From positions 930,001-994,000 of the forward strand of contig NC_047064.1 of the NCBI RefSeq assembly GCF_902459465.1: 64,000 nt of DNA. The letters run 5' to 3'. Shown here piece after piece: positions 13,601 to 25,420 of this stretch. Made by a program: the position numbers and the translations under genes. The stretch comes from Asterias rubens (lineage: Eukaryota). Position 1 is the first letter of the stretch; each line of letters begins with the position of its first letter. The notes below the pieces were generated by a model. The model saw only the letters and a list, made by a program, of their open reading frames with translations. It did no database searches and had not been told where the DNA came from.

Positions 13601-14320
13601 ACAATTATTTGTCTAATTACACTTTTTATAATGTGATCTTTCTACAGTGTTTTTTCTATCACCTTTTTGAACCTGCACTTGATAAGTGAAATTTGAAAAA
13701 GCTTTCAAACTATTTGCACTGTGGTTAATTTTGATCAATCTATATAGTTGAATTGATTTGAAATCACAGATGTGCACGTATCCCTCAATCAATTAACTGC
13801 AATCTATAGAGGTGTCAAGTAGCAGGTGGTTGGAGTCACGGCTGTACTGTGACTGACATTAAAAAATACCTGAATCCGAAATGAAGTTTTAATAACATTG
13901 AGATTGTTGGATAAGACTACATGGGGTAAAGCCAGAGGAAGCCTGTCCTCTTCAGGAATACATTTGGTGAAGTTAACCTTCAGTTGCCTTGAATTTCTTT
14001 GAACTCATTGTTTAACAAACTCTTGACTATTTTGTCAAGACTTTTTTCTCAGATATTTTTTTCACAAGAAGATGTCGGCAGATACTTTCCTGCTCAGAGT
14101 TTTTGTAATCTAAAGACTGAGAACCATAAATATTTGTTTTCTATTTTTTGTTCAAGGAAATTATTGGAGATACACTGGTTGTACATTCTGTGAAGAATTT
14201 GCACTTGTTAGAACTGAAGCCGTGTTTTCTGTATTGAATTACAGGACAAAAGAATTATAAGATTGAAGACAACTACATTTTTAAAGAAAATAAATTGACT
14301 TCATGTTTAATACCACTAAA

Positions 14321-14470
14321 GGTGGTCGGTTTAGTGTAGTGGTATCTTTCTTCCTTTTCTTCCACCTCTATGACCCCGGTTCGAATCCTACCAGGGCACT
14401 ATGTGGATTGGGTTTTTCAGTCCCTACCTGGCTGCGTTGGTTTTCCCTGGAATATTTCTTTGGGGTTTTC
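14321..14470 (+). mobile_element. tRNA-derived SINE-like element
   Basis: Box A-like TTAGTGTAGTGGT and box B GGTTCGAATCC (14378-14388), followed by a non-tRNA body (GGGCACTATGTGGATTGGGTTTTTCAGTCCCTACC...). Confidence 0.7.
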
Positions 14471-16104
14471 TTAAAACTTTAACTTCCTGGCCTTCTTGAC
14501 ATTGTGTTCTTGGATAGTACAGTGATTAATTTTGCTTCCCAATCACAACCAGAATAAATGAATTGAAAAGTGAAGAAAACCCCCATAAATTAAAGAAACT
14601 CAAAACACTTTGTCCTCTTGCCCAACAAATGAACTATTGACTAGGATCACCTACCATAGTTTATCTCTTCGTTCTGTTAGTGTGTATTGTGGGTCGATGT
14701 TGGAGGTTGTTGGATGTATTGTTGATAAGTTAAAGTAAAGGTCATATTATTATGTCATCCTGTAATGTTTGTTTTTATTTTAGGGTGGACCCATCCTTGA
14801 GTTTGACATGTGTAATGGTAATATTTACATAAGACTATGAACAGTTCACATTGCAGATGGGGTAGAATGCTTGTACATGTGGGTAATGCCATGCCAGGGA
14901 CGAACAGTTTCAGATATTTTGAACTCAGAATGTTTATGTCTGTCTGGTGAAGAAAATCTGCCATTATTTTTTCCCCAGATGTAACAAAATTGTGCTCTTT
15001 GATCAACTCCTCTATAGCCCTGATGATACCGTTTCCAAAAGCTCTCTCAATACTTTAAACAAAGGTGGAAATTTAATTATTTCAGCATACCTCATATAGA
15101 TTAGTTCATTTAGTTTGGTTCCTTTTCTGTAATTTTTCTTACGATTTTGGGTAGAAAAAAAGTATTTGAGTTGGGAGGGAGGATTTGTCACTTGTTTAAA
15201 GGTATACAGGATTAGTACAAAAAAAAAAAATATTATTGATTTTTAGCTGAAGGCATAAGTTCATACTACACCCTTTTTGTGTGTCAAATATTTCCTTCTG
15301 AAATAAAGTAAATTGTTATGCAGTACTAAGAATGATACTTGAGTAATTAGGGTTGGTGCCAAACTTATATCTGATGGGGTTGAAGATATTATTTGGACAT
15401 TTCTAAATTTAGACAAATATCCAATATTTTGAAATAAGTCTAGGCCCTTGAGGTCTTTTAGAATTCTAAAAATTTGCGGGTTTGAGATTGGAAGAATGAA
15501 ATTAGTCATTTATGAATCAACAACCTGAAACTGTTTACTCAAAGTAACTAAAAATGGGTGACTTTGAAATAAAGGATGTTTGCACCTTGCACCATGATAA
15601 ATATAAACTCAACAATATTTGCTGTGTTCTGGTCTACGTGTGAACTTGTCTGAATTTGTCGTCAAGGGTAGCGATTTATTTCACAATAATCATTCATAAT
15701 GCAAAATTGAAACTGTTTACATATTTGTCAAAGGTCAAAGGTAATCAACAATTGATATTCACATCCTGCATCATCTTTTGTTGTTTTGATACAAATATTG
15801 TTGTTGTCTGTTGCATTCCAGAGGAATGTGACAATGAATAGGATGCAACCTGAAAATATAAATATAAAAAATAGTTATTTAGATTTATCATCCATGGAAA
15901 AAACACCTGTTTCTGAATGTCAAATTTTTTTCTGTAAACACACAGGTATAGAAGTACAATTGAATTGGTTCAATGGCCACAGGGACTGAGCTGGTGGTAG
16001 ATTGGCTTTTAAGATAAGGTAAAAAAAGTGCAGACAAATTACAAAGAAATTACCAAAAGTTGGTCAAGCTCTGGGTGATTATGATTGTTTTGCTCATAGC
16101 AGAT

Positions 16105-16481
16105 TTAAAGCCATTGGACCCTTTCGGTACAGAAAAAAAAAAAAAAAAAGTTCACAGATTTACAAACAACTTACAGGGTTTACAGAAGGTAGTGGTGAAA
16201 TACTTCTCTAGAAATATTATTCCATGAAATGCTTTACTTTTTGAGAAAACAGTAAAACAATATCAATTCCCGTTAACGAGAATTACGGATTTATTTTAAA
16301 CACATGTCATGACACGGCGAAACGCGCGGATACAAGGGTGGGTTTTCCCGTTATTTTCTCCTGACTCCGACGACCGATTAAGCCCAAATTTTCACAGGTT
16401 TGTTATTTGATATAGAAGTTGTGATACACGAAGTGTGGGCCTTGGACAATACTGTTTACCGAAAGGGTCCAATGGCTTTAA
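16105..16481. mobile_element. Kolobok-type non-autonomous DNA transposon (MITE), including TTAA TSDs
   Basis: Perfect 25-bp inverted ends TTAAAGCCATTGGACCCTTTCGGTA / TACCGAAAGGGTCCAATGGCTTTAA. A TTAA target with 5'-AG termini fits Kolobok (piggyBac termini begin with C). The interior shares AAATTTTCACAGGTTTGTTATTT with other copies. Confidence 0.85.
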
Positions 16482-17388
16482 CACCGATTTGTTATGACGT
16501 TGAGGAAAACTTCCTCCATCATCAACAAATTCAGATGGATACCTCACCAACTTTAAAATTTGTGTTTTTCTGGGTCAAAACCAGTGTCACACTTGATGTT
16601 TTGTTTTTGAAAGTGCAAGGGCACCAAGGCATTTTCTCCTTGGAATAGGGCACCTCTGTGAAGATTTTTATATGTGATGAAAATTAGCTCAAGATCTTCA
16701 GATGAACATTAAATTGTTGAAGGATTAGTGAGAAATTAAGAGGGGGGGGGGCATAAGATAAGAGCACACTTTATAAAATAAATTTGTTTTGCACCCTTTT
16801 CATAGAACCCCAAAACAGCTATCAATTACGTTACACTTACTTTCAATGTTACTTTTTTTTAAGGTTGCATGACATGATTTACACTGAAAATTAAGGGGGG
16901 GGGGGTCCAAAGAATATTTTCTGTGAGTGAATAAATTTTGACAGATGATGCTGTTTCAAAATGGATTGGTGAGGTTAATCTGGAGGTCCAGTCAAGTTTT
17001 CTTTGTAACAAAGTCCAACTTTACAGTCAGCCAAGGTAAGAATCCTGACTGTAAAGTAAGTTGGTATAATTCACATGGCTTGGTGAGGCCATTAACCGCA
17101 TAAGGCATTGAGAGTTGGAATCATCTTTAGCTCTCGGGTTCTGGATGTGGTTACAAAATCCCTATAGCCATTGATATTAATCTAATTGCATTATAAGTCC
17201 ACCAGCAATAGACCACAAACATGTTTGCAGTATCAAATGAAGGAAAGTTTAGAGCTACATTAGGACTGGAGGCTCCAATAGGTAATCTTGTATGTATACA
17301 GACCGCCTTTTGTTAAAAGTTTTTCTCTGTAGAGCTCATATCCAGGAAAGGGGGATTTCAAGAGCAAAGTTTATTCAGCAATTGAGAA

Positions 17389-17467
17389 CACTTGCTTTTG
17401 GTGTTACTTAATCCTACTTGAACTGCACTTGCTTTTGGTGTTACTTAATCCTACTTGAACTGCACTT
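17389..17467. repeat. Perfect tandem duplication, 2 x 37 bp
   Basis: CACTTGCTTTTGGTGTTACTTAATCCTACTTGAACTG twice, then CACTT. Confidence 0.95.
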
Positions 17468-19229
17468 AATTGGTTTACATATACGTGATGTGATTTGACT
17501 GCACTTGTAGATTAAAGTTGCTCTCCCCCTCCTTGCTGTGCTTTCCCGGAAGAGTTCATTGAACTCTTACCTTTGACCCTGTTGCACTAAAACTAGCTTT
17601 GACAACAGATCCAACTTCCCTAATTGAGAGGGTTTCTCTGTGGAAGATTTAGTTCTGAACAATAACTATAAATGCGTCAGGTTGAGAAATTACAAAGAAC
17701 CACACCTTTAAGATGTTGGCAAACATTCAATAAAGGTTTTAATTTCACATTCTTGTTTGTAATGAAGCTTTACTTGTAGCAATAGTGTACCATCTAATCA
17801 TAGCTTAATCTGAGACCTACGCACATACAATAGATATACTAAATAACGGAAATTCCTGAAAACCTTCCAGGAATCAATGGAGGATGACTTTCGGAAAACT
17901 TCATTTTAGAGAAACATGACAAGAACTAGATGCTTTCAGCTTGAGGCAGGTCAAGAGTGGATTAGAACCAGGTTCCATCACTTCCAGCTGCTCTGCCTGT
18001 GTGTTTGTCAGACCTCGGTGATTTTGGTACAAATACTTTTATTTTTTTTAGTAAGTTCAGAAAAAGTTTATAAGTTTTTACTTTTGTCTTTTGATTTTGA
18101 AGTTTCCATGAGCAAAGAAGACTTTTCTATGAAACATAACAACTTGAAAGAAGGTGCACAATGGATTGAGGCTTTTAAGACTGTAGGGTTATCTTTGGAG
18201 GGGGGAAAATTTCTGGGGAATCTCAACTATTTTGTTTGAAACTTTGAAGGACTTTTAAGGCCAATGTGGATGTTTGTGGATTGTTTTTTATTCTTGCAAC
18301 ATATTTGAAGGTTTCACGAAATGAGGTGACAACTGCATGACCTCAGTTTGTACTAAATGGTAGGACTAGGTTCACTATCCTTCCCAAAAAGGTTAGATTT
18401 TGATGATAAGATCATGAATGTGTTGATCATATCCAGGATTTCCCTGGGGATTAAGACGAGGGGGGGGGTTGGCGCTAGCATGACCCCTTGAAATGAGCTC
18501 TACATAACAAGTGTTTTATTGGGAGTTTTTTGTTCTTGTTTAATGCTCTTTGTTCAATCTAGACTTCTGTGGTACTTTTGTAGAAGGAAACTGTTGTTTT
18601 GTTTTTGTTTGCCATTTTTTGCTGGGTAGAAAGTTAAGTTGATGAAGAGCCTTCTTAGAGAAGAGGGTCATTGGAAGCCCAAAAAAGACCAAATCAAAGA
18701 AATTGTTTAATTTAGGGACAAGGTGGTGCATCTTCATTTGCTTCAGTGTATTAGCAGCTTTTTTAACTTTCAGAATCAAGATACGTTTTTAGATTATTAC
18801 GAGACTCGTCACAGGCTTCTTTTTTCCCCCCATCTATTTGGTGAAGATGGCAGCACCAAGGACATCTCAAATTTACTTTCATTTCCTCCCCATCTTTTCA
18901 TCGCTATTTGAAGTGTGCAACCAGGCAAAATCTCGTTTTCAAAACCTGTGAAGAGTTTCCTGTGATCGTGTAATGCTACGTGCGTGTAGGAAGTGGATCG
19001 CTAGTCAGCGATGCCTTCAAACAACGGAAAGATAAGACAGTAGTCAAAAACAGGAACAAACTGGATTAAAAAGATACTGGAGACTCAATCAAAAACTTTT
19101 TTGGAAATGTAGTGAGAGTTACAGCAAGAATGTGTGTATTTTCGTTGTTCAATAACAAAGGGGGATGGATGCACTCAAGGTGTACCACAACGTTGCACTA
19201 TACTTTTGGATGGAAGCTTATAAGTTATA

Positions 19230-20367
19230 CAATACAATACAATACAATACAATGGGTTTTCATATAGCGCCATTTCATTTAGACCACAGCGCTTTAGACG
19301 AACAACAGCAATGCAGATAATACAACAAATGAACAATAAGGCAATAAACAGACACTGAGGAAAAAGATGTTTTTTAAGTGCTTTCTTGAAAATAGGCAGT
19401 GAATTGGAGGTGCGTATGGTGATGGGAAGATGGTTCCACAGTCCTGGAGCAGCTAAGGAAAATGATTTATATGCAGCGGATTGAAGAGATTTGCTGCTTA
19501 GTTTATTTTCAGCAAGACGGGTTTTGTCTGATGCTGAGCGAAGCCCAGCCCTGGTTTGAATGTGAAAAGAAAAACAAGATAAAAGATATGCTGGTGCAAG
19601 TCCATTTAATACACATGCACCAATATTTTGAATTGAATGCGCTCTTTCACCTGGGGCCAATGTAGCTTTTTGAGAAAAGGAGTTGCATGATCATGTTTAG
19701 AAGCACAAAATATTAGTTTGGCAGCCCAATTCTGAAGATGTTGAAGTCTATTAATTTGAGTTGTGTTAGCTCCAAGTAAAAGTGCGTTGCCATAGTCCAA
19801 TGTGAAAGAACAAGATACCTTGTAACACTGCTACATGTGTCAACGTCAAGAAACCTTATACGTGTAATGTTACGCAGATGGTATGACACAGACCTAGACA
19901 ACGATGTTATTTGTGGAGACATAGACATAAGATTGTCAAAGACAATGCCAAGGTTCCGAACAGTTTTAGTGGGTGTGATAATTTCATCTCCAATTTGCAG
20001 TTGAACACTGGGCATGAGGCGATTGAAATGAGGAGAGGTTGCAACAAAGAACTTGGTTTTATTGTTGTTCAGTTTCAACATATTTTCAGTCATCCAGGAT
20101 TTTAATTCTACAATGCACTTTGTGAGCGCCTGTAACGCAGACTGATTAGATGATGAATCCGAAGGTGTGAAACTGGTATAGATATGAATATCATCAGCAT
20201 AGATGTGATAGAGTAGATTGTTCCCCTTGATGATTCTACCAATGGGAATGGTGTAAATGGTAAAGGATTTCGGTCCAACAATTGATCCTTGCGGCAATCC
20301 ATAAAGCATATCGTGTGAGGCTGAATAAGTATTGTCTATCAAAACCTGTGTTGTTCTACCACTGAAG
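19230..20367 (-). mobile_element. 5'-truncated L2-type (CR1 group) LINE with 9-bp TSD
   Basis: Minus-strand RT motifs SGRTTQVLID..YGLPQGSIVGP..YHIYADD and C-terminal DYGNALL..LQNWAAKLIF..LHW..APGLWNHLP..FKKALK. The 3' tail is GGCGCTATATG..(ATTGT)n. TAAGTTATA is duplicated at 19221-19229 and 20368-20376. Confidence 0.95.
19713..20342 (-). pseudogene. Frameshifted reverse transcriptase fragment (LINE ORF2)
   Basis: 209-aa ORF containing the PQGS and YADD motifs. The downstream C-terminus continues in other frames (19606-19800, 19175-19660), so the copy is disrupted. Confidence 0.9.
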
Positions 20368-21094
20368 TAAGTTATAATCCCAAAAGGAGTTGTTTGGCTT
20401 TGGCTATTGGCTTTAAGGTTGGACTAGCCACAGCCAGAGAAAAGGCCACTCTTTTCCTATAAAAGCTTAATTTAGCTCAAGATCTTCAGACAACCATTGA
20501 ACTTTGAAAGCACGCCCCACCTCTGAGAAAATCACTTTTGTTTATTATTATCCCTGAACTTATAAACCTCTGTTCTTAAAAATGTGCCAAGTTCGTGAGC
20601 TTTTCACAAATTACTCTCAGTATGAGCCACTTAAATGTTTACAAAAACATCAAAATATGCCTAATTATCTCTTGAGTTATTCCTTTGTTCTTGACCTTTG
20701 AGGTTTGACAAGCCTCCCCAGGACAGGTGTTTTGATTCCATCAAGGACCTTGTCAGTCTAAAAGGGACCATTAAGAAAGTATGCTGTGCTGATAGAAAGA
20801 AGGCAGGACCATTAATGTGGAAGATGATCTTAACTCCTTGCATAGTTTTGCCTTGGAACAAAACAAACCCAGAGAAAGACTGAATACTTTTTAAATGGTT
20901 AAGATGGTGAGTGATTTGGGGTGTCTTTTATGTCTCTGGATAGTGTTACATGGTTTGAAGTAGTTTGGGAATTGATTTCAGGAGGAAAATCTGTGAATTC
21001 AAGGAGGATAACCAAGAAATTTTTAAAGAATTAGAATTCGTTTTGCACAGAAAGAAAATCATGTCGTTCTATCTCCTGATCCAGCAACAAACCT

Positions 21095-21521
21095 TTAAAG
21101 GCACTGGACAATATTGGTAAATACTCAACATACTTGTTAGCATAAAAACTTACTTGGTAACAAGCAATGGAGAGCTGTTGACAGTATAAAACATTGTGAG
21201 AAACGGCTCCCTCTAAACATGGAGGAAGTCTCCTCCATGCTCTGAAGTAACATAGTTTTCTAGAAAGAAGTAATTTTCAACTAAAATATTTGAATTTGAT
21301 TTCGAGACCTCAGAATTTGATTTTGAGGTTTCGAATTCAAGCATCTGAAAGCACACAACTTTGTATGGCTAGAGTGTTTTTTCTACCATTATTATCTTGC
21401 AACTTCGACGACCAGAGTTCAAATTATTACAGGTTTGTTATTTTGTTCATATGTTGAGATTTAGGCTACCAAGTGAGAAGACTGGTCTTTGACAATTACC
21501 AAAGGTGTTCAGGGTCTTTAA
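21095..21521. mobile_element. Kolobok-type MITE, including TTAA TSDs
   Basis: TTAAAGGCACTGGACAATATTGGTAA ... TTACCAAAGGTGTTCAGGGTCTTTAA. The interior aligns with 40334-40692 and, inverted, with 29254-29630. Confidence 0.85.
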
Positions 21522-21530
21522 TTATACCCG

Positions 21531-21650
21531 ATCTGAGGCATTGCATCGTGAGGGGTCAATATGAACTTGGTGTGTGGTAACACCATGTGTCTACTTGCCA
21601 TGCAGATTATGTTCTTGTTTCGCTATAGATTCTACTGCAGCAGAGTAGAT
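21531..21650 (+). repeat. Fragment of the hammerhead-associated dispersed repeat family
   Basis: TGAGGCATTGCATCGTGAGG...GGTAACACCATGTGTCTACTTGCCA...TTCTACTGCAGCAGAGTAGAT parallels 32405-32500. Confidence 0.7.
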
Positions 21651-22311
21651 TTTTTATTACCATTGTTTGTATGACTTTATTTTTTCTACTTTTCCCTTCC
21701 AATTTACCCATCAAAGATCAACAGCACCTCCATGAACCTCTCAACCTTCCTCAATGATGTGCCCATAAATGGACTCCATTATCTCAAATCTTGTGTGATA
21801 AAGTCAGATGGTTGACGAATCAGGGCATCACCTTGCTGCCAAGTCAAGTGCTCTTTTTACTGATAACATTATCAACTCTTTATTTTCTTTGAAGGAAAGT
21901 GTAAAGTGGAATGTGACAGCTTCTGATTGTTGGTCTTGAGGTTCCTGGATAAAAGGAAGAGCTTGTAGCTTTGGTAGTGCCCATCATGGGGCTGTTTGTC
22001 TGCCTACGTTCTGTCATAACACCATCCATTGTTCAGGAATTTGTTCTAGTCCAGACGTTTTTCAAAGTAAACATTTTGCTGCCTCTTTAGCAAACTAGTT
22101 TTCTAAAGTTCAGTCATTATTTGTATTTCAAGGGTCATTATTTTTCACCTCATTTTGTCAAGTCTCTTGAGATTGTATGAGATTGAATGAGATCTCGTCT
22201 TACCTTTGACGGTATGAGACAGAGTCTTTGGTCACAGTGACTGCGTGGAGTAACTTTTTGATGAAGTAAAAAGGCCGCAGTTGGTATCGTTAAACTTGGT
22301 CATGACTGACA

Positions 22312-22447
22312 CCCCAACAAATATATTGACAAAATAGGGAGACAGCCATCATAGGGCTAGTTAGCTCAGTTGGTAGAGAGTCGGCACGTTAGTCTGTTGT
22401 TGGTTCAAATCCCGCTGTTGTCAATTTGTCTCTGTTTTACCCCAAAC
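22312..22447 (+). mobile_element. Degenerate tRNA-like repeat (GTT/Asn-like anticodon) with conserved 5' flank
   Basis: AGCTCAGTTGGTAGAG (box A), GGCACGTTA and GGTTCAAATCCC (box B). Homologous to the minus-strand copy at 52102-52240. The stems are disrupted, so this is not called a functional tRNA. Confidence 0.75.
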
Positions 22448-22573
22448 TAATTAAAAAGGCTTATGTTTGCAAAAAGCTTGTCTTATTGCTCTGAGAACTC
22501 ATCGTATCCCAGGCCAATTTGACCTATGTAAAATAGTGTTTTAACTCTCTTTCACTATGCAAGCAATAGTAAG

Positions 22574-22653
22574 TGGCCTGACGTTTCAACCCTAGCAGAG
22601 TCTTTCTCTTTTTAGCCTTCAAGAAAGACTGCTAGGGTCAAAACGTCAGGCCA
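22574..22653. ncRNA. Inverted pair of variant hammerhead-like motifs (U3-A8 core family)
   Basis: Left arm (minus): ..GAGAA A GACTCT gct AGGGTT GAAA CG TC AGGCC. Right arm (plus): AGCCT TCAAGAA A GACT-- gct AGGGTC AAAA CG TC AGGCC. Both are imperfect copies of a minimal type I hammerhead layout. Confidence 0.55.
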
Positions 22654-23372
22654 TTAAATGTTTTGCTTTTATACCATCTACCTTCTATTTGTGTTGGTGA
22701 GTATTTTGCAAACTCTACTTTCTCTTTTAAACTACATGGGGAAAGTTCATTGTATCTGTTGTCATTGCATGTGTTTATTCAACCCAGTACCTGTAGTTAC
22801 TGCAATTGCTGCCCGTCAGTTGTGTGATTCCTGACTTTCCAGTCACTTGTCACTTTGTTACCTTTAACATTGTACATCCCAGGCTTATCTTTCATGTAAT
22901 TCACTCTGCGGTTATTCCATTCAATAAATCACAATAAAAAACCCTGTTTTTCCTTCTTTTTTTCTCTTTTTCTTTGTTGGGGGGAGGGGATTATAGTTGC
23001 TGTTTCGCAATAGAAACTGTGTTGAAAGACTTTTGAAGTGTGGTTAACCACACAAATATCACCGTATTTTTCATCAGTATATTTATTTATTTGTTCAGGT
23101 CACAGAGTGAAGAAGCGTTAACTGAAAGCCAAATAGCAAGCCGGAATGAAATGAACACAAAAATGTGATATTGATAAAGCTAACAAAAGACTTGTCTGCC
23201 AAGTGCAAGGGCAATGGGGGTAGTTATTGAGTTAAGATAAACATTCCAACCGTTAAGTGTTATGTCAACTAAAGAATCAGAGTTCAATTATTTCTAACAA
23301 TCTGTTGACTCATTGGATTCTGTGCAAAGATGTCTCAGTGGATTGTTGATGATGAATCTGCTGATGTACTGT

Positions 23373-23712
23373 ACGCAACATCCTGGTGGACTATATCAGT
23401 ACAGTGTTAAAATTGGCAAGTTAGTAGTCGAAATTGTAAGGAGAAGTAACAGATTTTGATATTTGAAAAAATGCTATATGATAGTCTTCTAGGCATTGTT
23501 TGGAAGTGGGAAGTAGTTGCTCATAAAGACGCACCATCCTGTTGGACTATATCAGTAAATTGTCAAAAGTGGCAAGCTGTAGTCAAAATTGTAATTAGAA
23601 GTATCAGATTTTTGATGTTGATATTTCAACAAAGGCTTTATTATAGTTCTTTAGACATTGTTGGGAAGCTGCTGAGTAGTATGGTAAGACGGAAGTAGTT
23701 GTCTCATAAAGA
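23373..23712. repeat. Diverged tandem duplication (~156 bp period at the start)
   Basis: ACGCA.CATCCTG.TGGACTATATCAGT at 23373 and 23529. GGAAGTAGTTG..TCATAAAGA occurs twice. Confidence 0.8.
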
Positions 23713-24294
23713 TGAATACGCTATTAATGTCCGACTGCAAATATTTACTATGGAGCAATGACAGGTGGACGAGAGGTCGACATTGTATAGGATCTGGGGT
23801 GGTAGCGCTTGTGTCAACATCAAAGCATTCAATTGAATGGACAACTTAATGTTCCCAGAGAAATCAAATTTAAGCCTATGGTGAAAAAATGTAATTAAAA
23901 TCTACCAAGTGGAAATTAGTTCTGCTTCATCGGAGACAAATGAACACGTTTTGACTTAACAATGTTTGGGAAATTCTTGGGAGAACTTTTTCAGGGAGTC
24001 AGGAAATTTGATGACCTGTCTGAATAGGCTACCGTTGTATCATTGATAGGAAACCGTCATTTTATTGGTCCGATAATTTCAGGATTGATCTGAAAGTTCA
24101 TTCTAACAAGCTTGAAAGAAGACTTTCAAAATATGCAAAGTGGTAATATTTCAAATTATCTAGATAAAAGCTCTTTCGGATTCAAGATCCTGAAATAAAT
24201 TTTTCAAAACTCGCCAACAAAACTTTGTTTCTAAAACATTCATAACCTCATGCATGGATTTGTTTATTTCTCTGTAAGCTTTCTAATGTTATTT

Positions 24295-24454
24295 TCAACC
24301 GGTAGGTTCCAACAGTATACTTAACCAGTAGGTTTCAATGGTATCTTCAATCAGTAGGTTTAAATGGTTTGTTCAATCAGTAGGTTTAAATAGTTTGTTC
24401 AATCAGTAGGTTTAAATGGTTTGTTCAATCAGTAGGTTTAAATGGTTTGTTCAA
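24295..24454. repeat. Minisatellite, 26-bp unit
   Basis: TTCAATCAGTAGGTTTAAATGGTTTG at 24346, 24372, 24398 and 24424, with degenerate units upstream and no unique spacers. Confidence 0.9.
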
Positions 24455-24779
24455 CGTAGAGTGCAGTGTACTTTGTAGATTGATTTGACAGATTGATTTG
24501 ACAGATTGATTAGATAGTCAACAAAATAGAACAAAAAAGTTTTCATTTGTGATATAACTCTTTTTTTTGCATGAGCAGGACACCAAACATCCAGCATTGA
24601 TTATTTGAAACATTTTTCTGAAGGCCATTTAGTTTTGACTGAAAGTCATATTCTTAATTTTGACGGTATTTTTTTTCTGTACATGCTTGGAGTTCATACA
24701 ATGTATATGAAGTCAATCTATGGATGCTTGTGCTGCGCTTGGTTGGGTTTTATTACGGGAGTTTCAATGTAAGTAGTTC

Positions 24780-25420
24780 TCTAATTGTTACTTACATGCA
24801 TTCTATCGTAAACTTACTCAAGCGTGGAACTGCCATACAGCCCTTGATGGTCCAATATCAAGAAACAAAAGGCTCTAAAAGAAAATATGTTTTGAGCTTG
24901 AAGGCAAGCATTCTGGTAGAATTGGGGGGCAAGAAGATATGAAAATGTGATTGTTTAAAATTACTGGCTGAATGACTCCTCCACCCCCTACCTTGAAAAT
25001 GTCTAAAGGTTGTCGGTAACTTCAAAGGGCTTTGTGAATTTGTCTGGCGCCGGTTTTTATTGTCCGTATTACAAGTATATGAACAAGGAGACAAGTTCAC
25101 TTTTGTTGAAGCCGATCTGTGTGCAATTTTTTAGCGGTATGGAAGGCCATAGGACAGGAAAAGTGGTGACAGTAAATCCAAACAAATTGAAGACTGTTCG
25201 AGTCAGATACAGGGTTAAGAAGGATCAAGTGTGGAATAATACAGTTGAAAATCCAGGATAATTTGAGCAGTTTGTCATGTTTGTAAGTAGCCCTCTTGAT
25301 TATGTTCAAAAACCTCAAAGCTTTTATGTGCCATATAAGTAAACTCATTTAATGTTGAAGCAATAAATAGGGGTTGTGTCTTGACTGTGATTAGCGTCAG
25401 GCGCAAATCCGTTGTAACCT
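24780..25420 (-). mobile_element. Old, decayed CR1-group LINE 3' fragment
   Basis: Minus-strand translation gives LIWHIKALRFLNIIKR..LKLSWIFNCIIPHL, resembling the KANRxLGxIKR..LY.SLVRPHLEY pattern of CR1-group ORF2 C-termini. It then gives RTIKTGARQI..SYRQPL (cf. RVQRRAARxI..SYxERL) and WTIKGCMAVP (cf. RTIKxWNxLP), in the expected order, with stops and frameshifts. Confidence 0.6.

Noticed and set aside
22354-22422. Functional tRNA-Asn gene
   Set aside because: The acceptor, anticodon and variable regions are disrupted and the sequence belongs to a dispersed repeat family. The same applies to the copies at 14321, 52102, 61115 and 62700.
24295-24454. 26-bp direct repeats as a CRISPR array
   Set aside because: The units are contiguous with no unique spacers, the context is eukaryotic and there are no cas genes. 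It is a minisatellite.
24998-25261. Plus-strand CLKVVGN..EFVWRR..VVTVNP as a decayed sialyltransferase L-motif
   Set aside because: The motif pieces lie in different frames with wrong spacing. The opposite strand gives a better ordered series of CR1-group LINE motifs.
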